From: Ignavibacteriales bacterium
GTDB lineage: Bacteria > Bacteroidota > Ignavibacteria > UBA10030 > UBA6906
Length of the DNA: 64,000 bases
Reading direction: 5' to 3'
Assembly (NCBI GenBank): GCA_037441705.1
Contig: JBBIRR010000001.1
Coordinates: forward strand, 256,001 to 320,000
In this document: in pieces, positions 9,333 through 22,302 of the stretch
How positions within the stretch are numbered: position 1 is the stretch's first letter
How the letters are laid out: each line of letters starts with the position of its first letter
The notes under the pieces: model-generated
Database searches by the model: none
Told to the model about the DNA's origin: nothing
What the model saw: the letters and a program-made list of their open reading frames with translations, nothing else
Made by a program: the position numbers and the translations under genes

Positions 9333-9953
9333 TTATCGAACAAGCTCGTCTTGAAGTACGGGAGTTTCTGATCGAATAAGTGTTGTCACCGTCTTGACAA
9401 GAAGACCAACATCCACCTGCTTGTCAAGGACGGCATCGGCTACCGAGTTCACCAGTTTCTCTTTCGTCTCACCGTTCATGTGGTTAGAGACGACAAGAAC
9501 CTTCGTTCCATACTGCCCCTTGCGTGTGCGCAGAAGTTCCAGCACCCGCACGCCGTCAATGTTTGGAATCCGAACGTCAAGAATCAGCAGGTGAGGTTTC
9601 CGCTCGCCGATCATCAGCAAGCCCTCATACGGGTCATCCGTCGTCGCAATATCCACAGTTGGAAGTTCTGCGAAAATGACGCTCTTCACCATCTGCGCAT
9701 AAGGCTTCTCATCGTCAATAATGAGGATGCGCGTGGCCGTTTCGTCAACATAATCAAAGGGAATATCCATGCCCGAGGCATCAAGGAATTTCTTGAGATT
9801 GACGGGCCAGATTCTGTAGTGGCCACCGTAGGTCGTAAACGCCTTGAGCGCGCCTTCGTAGATCCAGTTGAGGACGGTCTTCTTACTCACCCGACAGATG
9901 CTTGCGACCTGGCCGACGCCAAGCGGCTTCCTATAGGTTGTGGTAGAAGACAT
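9333..9953 (-). CDS. Response regulator with N-terminal HTH_17 (MerR-like/excisionase) domain
   Basis: QVASICRVSKKTVLNWI...GGHYR, then a REC domain (IIDD, LILD, K). Confidence 0.88.
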   Translation of the reverse strand: MSSTTTYRKPLGVGQVASICRVSKKTVLNWIYEGALKAFTTYGGHYRIWPVNLKKFLDASGMDIPFDYVDETATRILIIDDEKPYAQMVKSVIFAELPTVDIATTDDPYEGLLMIGERKPHLLILDVRIPNIDGVRVLELLRTRKGQYGTKVLVVSNHMNGETKEKLVNSVADAVLDKQVDVGLLVKTVTTLIRSETPVLQDELVR

Positions 9954-9993
9954 GGGGTGTGTTAGAAATGTTTTGCGTGATTTACTCGTTCAA

Positions 9994-10022
9994 AATATAA
10001 CCAATCACGCCAGCGATGTCAA
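9994..10022 (-). promoter_or_regulatory. Sigma70-like promoter of the response regulator gene
   Basis: TTGACA-N17-TATATT about 40 nt upstream of ATG 9953. Confidence 0.65.
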
Positions 10023-10095
10023 GAAAGCGGCGAACCCCAGCCGCCTTCAGGCGACAGCGGTCACACGCCGAATGAGGGCGAGAGATTCGTGAAGG

Positions 10096-12522
10096 TCAGC
10101 GGAGACTTTCGATGTTGCTGATCTCCTTCAACAAATCCTTTTTGGTAAATGTTGATTTCCTCATCAGTCCCGCGACATAATTGCCGAGCTGCTGTTGCAT
10201 CTCGTCGTCAATCTCCATCGAGGTAAGAATGATGATGGGAATCGACCGCGTCGCGGGATTCTGTTTCAGCTGGTAGGCAACGCTGACGCCGGACATTTCC
10301 GGCATGATGAGGTCGAGAACAATAATGTCGGGCTTTTCGCGGAATGCAAGCTCAAGACCATCCTTCCCAGTATACGCCTTCACCACGTCGTAGCCCTCGT
10401 TGCCGAGGATCACCTCGATCAGATCGGTGGCGGCACGATCGTCGTCAATCACGAGAACCTTCGGGGCTCGCGCATCGGCGAGCGGCTGCAGGCGAATTCG
10501 ATCCATCGCGGCAAGAAGCTCATCCTTACTTACCGGCTTGACGAAGTAGTCGACGGCACCGAGGCTGAAGCCGAGATTTTTCTCATCAATGATGGAAACG
10601 ATGATGATCGGGATGTGCTTGCAGAGCGGATGGCGCTTCAATTCTTTCATCACCTGCCAGCCATCTTTGACGGGCAGCAGAAGATCGAGTGTAATGACGT
10701 TGGGATGGAACTCTTTGGCCTTCTCGATCGCCTCGGCACCGTCGTGGGCAATCTCGACCCGGTAGCCGGCAGATTCGATATACCGGCGCAAAAGCTCTGC
10801 TGCCTGCGGCGAATCCTCGACGATGAGCGCGAGGGGTTGCGTTCCCACGCCGTCACGCATGCTCTCGCGTTTCAACGCGTCCAGCAACATCTCCGCCTGC
10901 TTCAGTCGCTCCGATGTTGCATCAATAACCAGCGGAATGCGGAAGCGAACCGTCGTACCTTTTCCGTACTCGCTGTCGATCTCGATGGACCCCCCGTGCA
11001 GCTCAACAAGCTTTTTGCTGATGGCCAAACCCAGGCCGATTCCCTGATGATTCATGGTGCGCCCGTGCGCGGCCTGCCGGAATGGTTTGAACAGGTGCGG
11101 CAGCTCTTCGGGCTTGATGCCAATCCCCTCATCCTGCACTTCGTACTGGATATCGTTCCCCACACGCGCTGAGGTCACCACAACCCGTCCGCCCGGCCTG
11201 CTGAACTTGATGGCGTTCGAGACAAGGTTGAGGAGGATCTGACGGAACCGCGTCTGGTCAACGACGATTTCATCAAACTCCGGTGAGAACCGGATGTCCA
11301 GCTCGATCTCCTTTTCTTTCAGTTGCGCTGCAAGTACTCTGCGAAGACTCTCCTCGAAGTAGGAGATCGGGTAGCTGGCAATGTGCAGCTCCATCCTACC
11401 CGCTTCGATCTTGGACAGGTCGAGAATATCGTTGATGATTTGCTGAAGATGCTTCCCGCTGGCGTTGATGTTTTTCATGAATTCCTGAATCGCCTCGGGC
11501 GCAAGCCCATCGAACTGCGTTGTCAGCAGATCTGAAAACCCGATGATGGAATTGAGAGGGGAACGAAGTTCGTGGCTGAACATCGCGAGGAATTTCTTCA
11601 GCGTATCGCTCGCCTCCTGTGTCTTCTGCGTTTGCTGCTCCAGTTCCACGTTCTTCCGCCGCAGCTCGTCAATCAGGCGCTTGCGGCTCATGCCGCTGGC
11701 AAGTTCATTCGCAACGACGGAGAGAATCTTCAATTCTTCTTCGACGAAATCTTTCTCCTTGATCGTCATGACTTCCAACACCCCTTGCACCTCGTCCTGC
11801 ACGAGCAGCGGAATGACAATGAGGGACTTCAGCCGCATCCTGGTGATTTCGTCGGCAAACAACTCCGCCACGGAGCTTTCGAGAACGTCGCTCGTGACGA
11901 TCGTGCGTTTGGTGAATGCCGCCTGCGCAGGAAGGAAGTACGCGTTCTCTCGCACAGCCTGGTGAACGATCTCCGGCGAAAACTCCGCGTCGAACAGCGT
12001 GGGCGCAACGAGACGCACTTCGTTGCCTTTCGGGTCGTACAAATACACGCAGACGAATTTCGCGGGAATCTCGAACATCCGCGCAATCTTTTCCGCCACC
12101 TGCACGCACAACTCGTCGAGATGCACCGACGAGTTGATGGCTTTCGACACCTCAACAAGAATTTCCTTCTCTCGTTGGTCTTTTTTCTTCTCGGTCACAT
12201 CCTGAAAGAACACCGAGAGACCATCAGCCGTCGGATAGATGCGAATGTCGTACCACGCTTCGAACCTCTCATCTTTGTATGCCGTCTCGAGATTCTGGAA
12301 TGTCTTCGTATCCATTGCGAGCTGGTACTTGTCGCCAAGCGGCGTGCCCTTGGCGTTGGGGAAGACTTCGAAGACACTCTTGCCAAGAACCTCCTGAGCC
12401 GAAAGTCCGGTGCCCACCTCCGCCGCGTGATTCCAATACGTTATCCGATACTGCTCGTCCAGCGCAAAGAATCCCCCACTAATGCTCTCCAGAATGTTTT
12501 CGTATTGACTCAGGTCCAGCAT
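10096..12522 (-). CDS. Hybrid histidine kinase (PAS-GAF-HisKA-HATPase-REC-REC)
   Basis: SHELRSPLN, NLVSNAIKF, DEGIG and GLGL motifs; two receiver domains. Confidence 0.93.
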   Translation of the reverse strand: MLDLSQYENILESISGGFFALDEQYRITYWNHAAEVGTGLSAQEVLGKSVFEVFPNAKGTPLGDKYQLAMDTKTFQNLETAYKDERFEAWYDIRIYPTADGLSVFFQDVTEKKKDQREKEILVEVSKAINSSVHLDELCVQVAEKIARMFEIPAKFVCVYLYDPKGNEVRLVAPTLFDAEFSPEIVHQAVRENAYFLPAQAAFTKRTIVTSDVLESSVAELFADEITRMRLKSLIVIPLLVQDEVQGVLEVMTIKEKDFVEEELKILSVVANELASGMSRKRLIDELRRKNVELEQQTQKTQEASDTLKKFLAMFSHELRSPLNSIIGFSDLLTTQFDGLAPEAIQEFMKNINASGKHLQQIINDILDLSKIEAGRMELHIASYPISYFEESLRRVLAAQLKEKEIELDIRFSPEFDEIVVDQTRFRQILLNLVSNAIKFSRPGGRVVVTSARVGNDIQYEVQDEGIGIKPEELPHLFKPFRQAAHGRTMNHQGIGLGLAISKKLVELHGGSIEIDSEYGKGTTVRFRIPLVIDATSERLKQAEMLLDALKRESMRDGVGTQPLALIVEDSPQAAELLRRYIESAGYRVEIAHDGAEAIEKAKEFHPNVITLDLLLPVKDGWQVMKELKRHPLCKHIPIIIVSIIDEKNLGFSLGAVDYFVKPVSKDELLAAMDRIRLQPLADARAPKVLVIDDDRAATDLIEVILGNEGYDVVKAYTGKDGLELAFREKPDIIVLDLIMPEMSGVSVAYQLKQNPATRSIPIIILTSMEIDDEMQQQLGNYVAGLMRKSTFTKKDLLKEISNIESLR

Positions 12523-12691
12523 GAATTCCTCGAATTCAAATGGAGGGTCAAAAAATCTTCCCCAATAAATTGAGGAAAACCGAGAAATGCAAGTGATTTG
12601 TTAGATGGTGTGATGTAAGTCTATATTTTACAACAGATTCGCAAACCCCCAGAACCGGAGAGTCAAGCTTGGAACTGGGGCGTCTTGGTTG

Positions 12692-15600
12692 TTAAAATTT
12701 GCATCCGGTGGGAAGGAACGGACAAACCGAGCACGGCCTGCCGTTCCTTTTGAACTCGCCCGCTCGTATGCGCGCGATGATCGAGCGAACTTGCTGCTCG
12801 TGCGCTTCAAGGTCGCTCGAAGTGAACTCAAAGCGAGCGGGCTTCTCAACCAGCTCGCTGAACAGGATGCACGCGCGAACGCGGGAGCAGGAGAAAAACT
12901 TGCGGATGAGAAGCGCGTAGAATTTTATCTGCGGCTCGTACTGCTCGATCTTCTCCTGCCGCGTTTCGTCTGTCACCGAATCAGTTTTGAAATCGAGCAC
13001 GGTCCACACACCGTCGCTGTCTCGATACACTCTGTCCAACGTTCCCAGCAGGATATCCTGATCAAGCCGGGCAGCGATGGTGAACTCCGTGCGGCTCTCG
13101 CTTCCGCGCTGAAGCTCCTTCCAGAATTCCGAGTGCATCACTTCCAGCACGGTGTCGGTAAGCGCGTCGAGTTCGATTGACGGTTCGGCGAGAATCGAGT
13201 ACGAGTCTCGTGCAATGAACTGTTTCAGCTCTTGCCGAATCTTGCTGCGATCATCGCCGATCGTTTCGATGTGCTGCATGACGTGATGGAATGCGCGGCC
13301 GCGCAAGTCCCGCGGGATATCCACATCCGCTTCGTCTTCCTCGTGCCGATCGTTGAAGAGCCGCACTGTAGAGCCTGGCAATCCGGCAACATAACGGAGA
13401 TAATACTTTGAAGGGCATTCGACGTACGTCCGGATTTTGCTTGCCGAGAACACTTCGTTCCCCTCTCCCGCGAGAATCGGCTCGAGATGGACGCGCACCG
13501 GAGGCTCAGGCTGACGCTCCTCGCTCACTTCGACCGTTGGAGTCCACGCCAGATCCCTCGGCCGTACCACATACACGGGCAGTTGATGGGCGACGGATTC
13601 TGCCTCATACTGACCACTGCACACGCGCAAGCACGCGGTACGAACGTCGAAGGATATCTGCGACACATCGGCGTCGGGATCGAACTCCAGCGCCGTCACG
13701 AGCCAGGAGAGGCAATTTGATGAAGGCTTGACCCACGCCGACGCAGACAGCACAAGCAGGTCGCGCGCGCGCGTGCATGCGACGTAGAACACCCGCTTCT
13801 CTTCAGCGACAGTCTTGGCCCGAGCTTTCTTCTTGACAAACTCCACGATGGGAATGGATTGCTTGTCTTTTTCCGCAGGCGAGACTGCCAGGCCGAGCTG
13901 CTCGTCGACGAACGGCTCTTTATCGAGCAAAAACGTCCTCTCCAGCGAAGGCAGAACAACAACCGGAAACTCAAGTCCTTTCGCCGAGTGAATGGTCATG
14001 ATTCTCACGGCATCGGCATCAACATCCACCAGAGCCTGGCCTTCCTCTTCCTGTTCGTCAATAAGGCGCTGCAACCGTGCCGTGAAGTCATAGAGCGTTG
14101 TGAAACCTCGGTCGGCGTACTCGCGGGCAACGCGCTTGAGCTTCTCGATATTTGCGAGCATCTGCCCGGCGCGGGGCATTCCCGCTGCAAAGCCGACGTA
14201 TGCGGTTTGTTCCATAATACGATCGATCAACTCCGGAACGGTGAGCCGCGCGGCGACCTCAAGGTCCTCGCGCAGGAACGCGGCCGCGCGTACAAGGGCC
14301 GGAAAGCGATCGAGCGACGACCCGGAGGACGTCATCGCGTCCCACCACGAGCCGTGGTTCTTCTTCAATCGAAACTCTAACAGCTCCGCATCCGAGACGT
14401 TGAAAAACGGTGAGCGTAAAATTCCCACCAGCGCGACATCATCCTCCGCGTTGAGCAAGAAGCGGCAGTAGTGAAAGAAGTCGTACACCGCCTGCGTCTG
14501 AAAATAACCAACCCCTCCACTTACCATGTACGGAACGCGATTGCGCAACAATGCCTGCTCCAGCCTGTCGAGGCCTGTTCGACTCCGCAGAAGGATGGCA
14601 ATATCCTTGAAGCGAATCGGATGGGGAGTTTCTTCCTTGCCAAAAATCGTATACCGATCGTTCCGCAGTTGAAGAATACGCCGGCCAATCATTTCTTCTT
14701 GCGACATCGCATCGGTTGCCGTCGGGTCGGGAGATGGCGGCACGAGAAGCTCGACGCGACCCGGCGCGTCGTTCTGCCGGCCGCAGATGAGCGGCTCGTA
14801 GGAGACTTCGTCCTCATCCTTCATGACGGAAGAGAAGAGCAGATTGATGAACGCTGCCACATCGCGCAGCGGCCTGAAACTCTCGCCCAGCGTCACCGCA
14901 CTCTCAGGTCCCGACGCCTGCAGGATGTCCCGCTTGGTACGGTTGAAGACCGTGACGTCCGCATCCCGAAAGCCGTAGATGGATTGCTTCGGGTCGCCGA
15001 CGATGCAGAGATTGCCTTTGCTCAGATCGGACAGAAGCGGAAGCAGGATCTCGTATTGCAGGAGATTTGTGTCTTGATACTCATCCACCATGATGTACTT
15101 GAAGCGCTGGGAGAGTTTCTGTCGGACCTTTTCGTTTGTGAGAAGCATCTTTGTCCGCAGTTGCAAATCGTCGAAGTCCAGAAACGCATGCTCAGCCTTC
15201 GCTTGGGAGTATCGCTCTATAACATCGCGATACACGTCGAGCAGCAGCCGAGTTTGGCGCAGAAGGTCGCGATGGTGCGCGTCGTCCTCGTCCGAAAGAG
15301 GCTGGATGCGATGCCGCCGGTCCTGCACACAGGTGGCTGCCTCTTCGAGGGACAGGCTCGACCCGGAGAAGACTTTCTTCCTTAACTCTCCCTTTTTCGT
15401 GAGCATCGCGTCGATGAGTCGATCCAGGGCCGAGAGGCGTTCGTACAACGCGGTGCTTTGGAAAAAAGCGGCCAACGCCGCGCTAACGGCTCTCCTCTCC
15501 GTTCCTTTCACCGCTTCCGCGAGAAGGTGAAGGTTGTGTGCCAGCGACGGATCCTCCAGTTCGCGGCGGGCTGCGTCGGTCAGCGTTGAGCGCCAGAACG

Positions 15601-16204
15601 TCAAGACCTCCTCATCGCTGCGCGCAAAAAGGCCGCCGGCACACAGCCAACGGTCAACCACCTCACGCTTGTTCACGAGAGCATAGACGGCATCCAGCAC
15701 TTTCTTTTTTCCTAACGAACGCAGAAGATCAAGCAGCGCTTCCCGATCAATGCCTCGGTGCTTGTTGGAGAGAATGGTTTCAAATGTTTCTTTCACCGCG
15801 GCTTCGAGGAAAACCCGCCTGTCGATTTCCTCAAGAACGGAAAAGGCTGCGTCGACGTCGGCTTCGACGGGATACTCACGGAGAATGCGTGAGCAGAAGG
15901 AATGAATCGTGTCGATCAGAGCGCCGGAGAGTTCTTCGCGCAGTTCTTCAAGCCTGACGCGGGCTTGAGGGTCTCGCTCAACGGCAACCCGCTCGGCAAC
16001 CTTCGTTGCTATCTTGCTTTTCAGCTCGCTCGCGGCTTTTTCCGTGAAGGTAATTGCAACGACTTCGCTGACGTGGGCCTTGCCGCTGACGATGAGCGAC
16101 ACGTAGCGCTCCACGAGCACCAGCGTTTTGCCGGAGCCTGCATTGGCGGTCACCGAGAGATGATGCGTCGTTTCGAGCGCGTGTTGTTGTGAGCGGGTAA
16201 GCAT
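12692..16204 (-). CDS. AddA/UvrD-like helicase with C-terminal PD-(D/E)XK nuclease
   Basis: ANAGSGKT, TFTEKAA, VDEYQD, GDPKQSIY, TIHSAKGLEF and YVACTRA motifs; nuclease LDRV...DFKT; four Cys. Confidence 0.88.
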   Translation of the reverse strand: MLTRSQQHALETTHHLSVTANAGSGKTLVLVERYVSLIVSGKAHVSEVVAITFTEKAASELKSKIATKVAERVAVERDPQARVRLEELREELSGALIDTIHSFCSRILREYPVEADVDAAFSVLEEIDRRVFLEAAVKETFETILSNKHRGIDREALLDLLRSLGKKKVLDAVYALVNKREVVDRWLCAGGLFARSDEEVLTFWRSTLTDAARRELEDPSLAHNLHLLAEAVKGTERRAVSAALAAFFQSTALYERLSALDRLIDAMLTKKGELRKKVFSGSSLSLEEAATCVQDRRHRIQPLSDEDDAHHRDLLRQTRLLLDVYRDVIERYSQAKAEHAFLDFDDLQLRTKMLLTNEKVRQKLSQRFKYIMVDEYQDTNLLQYEILLPLLSDLSKGNLCIVGDPKQSIYGFRDADVTVFNRTKRDILQASGPESAVTLGESFRPLRDVAAFINLLFSSVMKDEDEVSYEPLICGRQNDAPGRVELLVPPSPDPTATDAMSQEEMIGRRILQLRNDRYTIFGKEETPHPIRFKDIAILLRSRTGLDRLEQALLRNRVPYMVSGGVGYFQTQAVYDFFHYCRFLLNAEDDVALVGILRSPFFNVSDAELLEFRLKKNHGSWWDAMTSSGSSLDRFPALVRAAAFLREDLEVAARLTVPELIDRIMEQTAYVGFAAGMPRAGQMLANIEKLKRVAREYADRGFTTLYDFTARLQRLIDEQEEEGQALVDVDADAVRIMTIHSAKGLEFPVVVLPSLERTFLLDKEPFVDEQLGLAVSPAEKDKQSIPIVEFVKKKARAKTVAEEKRVFYVACTRARDLLVLSASAWVKPSSNCLSWLVTALEFDPDADVSQISFDVRTACLRVCSGQYEAESVAHQLPVYVVRPRDLAWTPTVEVSEERQPEPPVRVHLEPILAGEGNEVFSASKIRTYVECPSKYYLRYVAGLPGSTVRLFNDRHEEDEADVDIPRDLRGRAFHHVMQHIETIGDDRSKIRQELKQFIARDSYSILAEPSIELDALTDTVLEVMHSEFWKELQRGSESRTEFTIAARLDQDILLGTLDRVYRDSDGVWTVLDFKTDSVTDETRQEKIEQYEPQIKFYALLIRKFFSCSRVRACILFSELVEKPARFEFTSSDLEAHEQQVRSIIARIRAGEFKRNGRPCSVCPFLPTGCKF

Positions 16205-16252
16205 AACCTAAGATAGCGGAAGCGGGAGTGACGTTCAACGCGTCGGGTCGCC

Positions 16253-17263
16253 TCACCCCCGTTTCAACAAATAGACGAACAACGGAGCCCCGATGGCTGC
16301 CGTCACTGCGCCGACGGGAATTTCGGCTGGAGCCAGCAGCGTTCGCGCAAGCACATCGGCAAGGATCATGAAGCTTGCCCCGGCAAGCATGGAGGCGGGC
16401 AGCAGCGCTCGATGGTCCGGCCCGAACAGCATCCGGCATACATGCGGGATAATCAATCCGACAAACCCGATCACGCCGCTGACCGAGACCGCCAGCCCCG
16501 TGATGAAGGAGGCGAGCAGGTACGACACGCGCTTGACGCGGCGGACTTCTACCCCGAGCTGCAGCGCGGTCTCATCTCCTGTGGCGATCAGATTGTAGTT
16601 TTTCGCCTGAAGAATCAACGCAGCCGATGTGAGAAAGACCGGTGGGCCAACGACCGATAACGCGCTGAGCGTAGCGCCGCCGAGGTTTCCCATCAACCAA
16701 AAAAACGCGTTGCGTAGCTCTTGATGGACAACCGCGACGATCAGCAGCACCGCCGCGTTAAAGAAAGCCCCCACCATCACGCCCGAGAGAAGAAGCGTAT
16801 GGGTATCCAGATGGCCGTGACGCTGGGCGAGCGCATAGACCAACACGGTAACGAGCAGCGAACCGATGAACGACGCGAGCGGCGTCGTGATCGTACTCAA
16901 TCCCACCCCCAGGCTGATGGCGAGGATCGCCCCAACCGTCCCGCCGCTGGAGATGCCGAGAATGTACGGCTCCGCCAGCGGGTTGCGCAACAAGGCTTGA
17001 AACACCGCTCCGGCTATCGAAAGTCCTGCCCCAACAACAACGGCCAGCAGCACACGCGGTAATCTGATCTCGAGAATGATCGTGCGTGTCGCGGTGTCCA
17101 CGCTCGACGCGGAAACGAACGTACCGACGACATCGGCAAAAGGAACAGCAATGCTGCCGACGGAGAGGCCGACGAGAAGTGCGCCGACCAGAAGCAGCAA
17201 CAACCCGGCAAGGAGGGCAGCCGTTGCTCGAAGGGTAAGAGGAACCACGCGGACAGGGGGCAT
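16253..17263 (-). CDS. FecCD/BtuC family iron-chelate/B12 ABC permease
   Basis: IRLPR, RNPLAEP, IGFVGLIIPH and EIPVG motifs. Confidence 0.92.
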   Translation of the reverse strand: MPPVRVVPLTLRATAALLAGLLLLLVGALLVGLSVGSIAVPFADVVGTFVSASSVDTATRTIILEIRLPRVLLAVVVGAGLSIAGAVFQALLRNPLAEPYILGISSGGTVGAILAISLGVGLSTITTPLASFIGSLLVTVLVYALAQRHGHLDTHTLLLSGVMVGAFFNAAVLLIVAVVHQELRNAFFWLMGNLGGATLSALSVVGPPVFLTSAALILQAKNYNLIATGDETALQLGVEVRRVKRVSYLLASFITGLAVSVSGVIGFVGLIIPHVCRMLFGPDHRALLPASMLAGASFMILADVLARTLLAPAEIPVGAVTAAIGAPLFVYLLKRG

Positions 17264-17266
17264 CGC

Positions 17267-19848
<2,582 letters not shown>

Positions 19849-19941
19849 GATGTGAGCTGCGGTGATGTGAGTTGTTTGTTGGCTGTCGCAAGATACGAAA
19901 CTTTCGGGACGGGGGAAACCTTGCGCCTCACAATTCTTGTC

Positions 19942-21411
19942 TCATTTCTCCTCATAGCGGACCACGGATACGCCGTGATCCTCTAAGCAGTAGCCTACCG
20001 CATGTTCGATAAACGGCTTTGCCCGACCGAGACAGAAAACCTTGTATCCACGGCGCTGCATTGTGCGGAGTTCTTCGGCGAAAAGATAGGGCAGAAACAC
20101 GACTGACGGGTCGCGCCGCTGCGCAGCCAGACGGTGGAGCGCACTCGAGGTAAGGCTCTGAAGCCCCTGAAACTCGCCGTCCGGCTCGATCAGCACAAGG
20201 CGATCGTTCTCGAACCAGAACGCCGATCCCCCTCCGGTCATGACGATGCTTCGCGACGGATACGGATAGGAAGAGAAGTACTCCCGCTCGCGCAGCAGGC
20301 GGGGGCGATTCTGAAATTCCTCGAGCACCATCCCCGCATGAACCGTCAAGCCGAACTCTTTCCGTTCATCCGTCCGTCTCACGACATCGATACTGAGAAG
20401 TCCGTGCAGGACGAGCACCAGCGTAAATGCCGCGAGCGCGGCCTTCGACAGAAACGCATCTGCTAACAACAGTACAAAGGGAAGCATCGGAAGAAGATAT
20501 GCGCGCTCAAGAGGGATCCAGAGAAAAAGCAGCAAGAAGGTGATGATCGCTGTCAGAGATGGTATCGTGCGGGCATCGAGCGAGCGAATCTCATGAACGA
20601 TTCTCTTCCTCTCCCGGAGCAGTCCTATGAGCAGCAGGCCGCCGGCGAGCGGCCCGAAGAAGTACGTCGAACGATAGAGGAATGCTTCGATGCGCTGTCT
20701 CGCCGTGAAGCTGATGTCGCTCATTTCCCACCGTGTGTGTTCTATCCATTCGATCACACCGCCGTACCGCATGATCACGGGAAGGAATGTGAGAGCTACG
20801 ACGGCGCCGGCAACGGCACAGCACAGCAGAATCTTTTTCCCTTCCACCTTCTCAACAGCCGCGTACGCGACCAGAGGAAGCATGATGAGAAGGTTGGGAA
20901 GACGAAAGCCCGCGGCCAGACCGATCATCAGGCCCGCCCAATCAACACGCCGTTCGAGTGTTAGGAGAAGGGCAAGAAGGATGAACAGAAGAGACCAGAC
21001 GTAATCGAGGGTGACGGCGGAGTGCTGCCAGAACACGGGCGCGCCGGCAAACGCAACCAGAAGCACGACGGGAGAGTTCGCTCGAGTGCGAACGATGTTC
21101 CACCAGACTACAACGCAACACAGCGCGGCGACAAGCGTCGCGGCGTTCGAGAGTATCGAACCGCCCCAACCGACTGCCGGAGCCATGAGCATCTCATGCA
21201 GAGGATACCCGGGAAGCCGCGACTCTACATACGTTCCTGAATGCCAGAGTGTAGACGCGGCACTCCCCACCAGCCACGCATCAGGATCGGAACCATATCC
21301 GGCGAAGAGAAACGGAATGCGGGTGAGAACGACGGCAGCGAGCGTCAGCTCGAGGAGATGGCGCTGAAGAAAACTCTCACCGGACCTGCCGCTGCGAATA
21401 GGAGTAGCCAT
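19942..21411 (-). CDS. Polytopic membrane protein, possibly a GT-C fold glycosyltransferase
   Basis: About 10 TM segments, acidic first loop (DPD), PGYP and AGFR motifs. Confidence 0.6.
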   Translation of the reverse strand: MATPIRSGRSGESFLQRHLLELTLAAVVLTRIPFLFAGYGSDPDAWLVGSAASTLWHSGTYVESRLPGYPLHEMLMAPAVGWGGSILSNAATLVAALCCVVVWWNIVRTRANSPVVLLVAFAGAPVFWQHSAVTLDYVWSLLFILLALLLTLERRVDWAGLMIGLAAGFRLPNLLIMLPLVAYAAVEKVEGKKILLCCAVAGAVVALTFLPVIMRYGGVIEWIEHTRWEMSDISFTARQRIEAFLYRSTYFFGPLAGGLLLIGLLRERKRIVHEIRSLDARTIPSLTAIITFLLLFLWIPLERAYLLPMLPFVLLLADAFLSKAALAAFTLVLVLHGLLSIDVVRRTDERKEFGLTVHAGMVLEEFQNRPRLLREREYFSSYPYPSRSIVMTGGGSAFWFENDRLVLIEPDGEFQGLQSLTSSALHRLAAQRRDPSVVFLPYLFAEELRTMQRRGYKVFCLGRAKPFIEHAVGYCLEDHGVSVVRYEEK

Positions 21412-21485
21412 GCCCTACATGTTTTGATCGGCAGCCCGGCAGCGCTCACCGCCGATCGTGGACGAACAGAGACGTGCGGCAACGC

Positions 21486-22274
21486 TCAGCCGACTCCGCC
21501 TGCGGCACTACTTTTTTCCTCGATCATTTTCGCGCGCAGGTACTCCCGGTTCAGGCGGGCGATATGCGCGACGGAGATTTGCTTCGGGCACTCGGCCTCG
21601 CACGCGTACGTGTTCGAACAGCTGCCGAATCCCTCCTCGTCCATTTGCGCAACCATGGCTTCGACGCGCGCTTTGCGCTCGGCGTGTCCTTGCGGCAGCA
21701 GCGCAAGATGAGAAACCTTCGCCGCGACGAACAACATCGCCGAGCCGTTCTTGCACGCCGCGACGCACGCGCCGCAGCCAATGCATGCCGCGGCATCGAA
21801 CGCCTCATCGGCAATGGGTTTGGGAATGGGGATCGTGTTGGCATCGGGCGCGCCGCCGGTGCGTACCGAGATGAAGCCGCCCGCCGCCATGATCCGATCG
21901 AAGGCGGAACGGTCAACAACGAGATCCTTGATGACGGGAAACGGTTTGGCGCGCCATGGCTCGACGACAATCGTCTCGCCGTCCTTGAACGATCGCATGT
22001 GCAGCTGGCACGCCGTTACGCCGCGCAGCGGGCCGTGTGCCCGTCCGTTGATGTACAAACTGCATGTGCCGCAGATGCCCTCGCGACAATCGTGGTCGAA
22101 CGCGATGGCCTCCTCCCCTTTGTGGACAAGCTCAAGGTTCAGGAGATCGAGCATCTCCAGAAACGACATGTCGGGCGAAACGTTGGGCATTGTGTAGGTG
22201 ACAAACTTCCCGGGGGAAGTTCGATCTTTCTGTCTCCAGATTTTCAGCGTGATCGTCATTGAATGTTCGGCCAT
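21486..22274 (-). CDS. sdhB: Succinate dehydrogenase/fumarate reductase Fe-S subunit
   Basis: CREGICGTC and CIGCGAC motifs; AAGGAG SD before ATG 22274. Confidence 0.95.
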   Translation of the reverse strand: MAEHSMTITLKIWRQKDRTSPGKFVTYTMPNVSPDMSFLEMLDLLNLELVHKGEEAIAFDHDCREGICGTCSLYINGRAHGPLRGVTACQLHMRSFKDGETIVVEPWRAKPFPVIKDLVVDRSAFDRIMAAGGFISVRTGGAPDANTIPIPKPIADEAFDAAACIGCGACVAACKNGSAMLFVAAKVSHLALLPQGHAERKARVEAMVAQMDEEGFGSCSNTYACEAECPKQISVAHIARLNREYLRAKMIEEKSSAAGGVG

Positions 22275-22302
22275 GAGATGCAACTCCTTGGGTTCTATGG
22301 TG

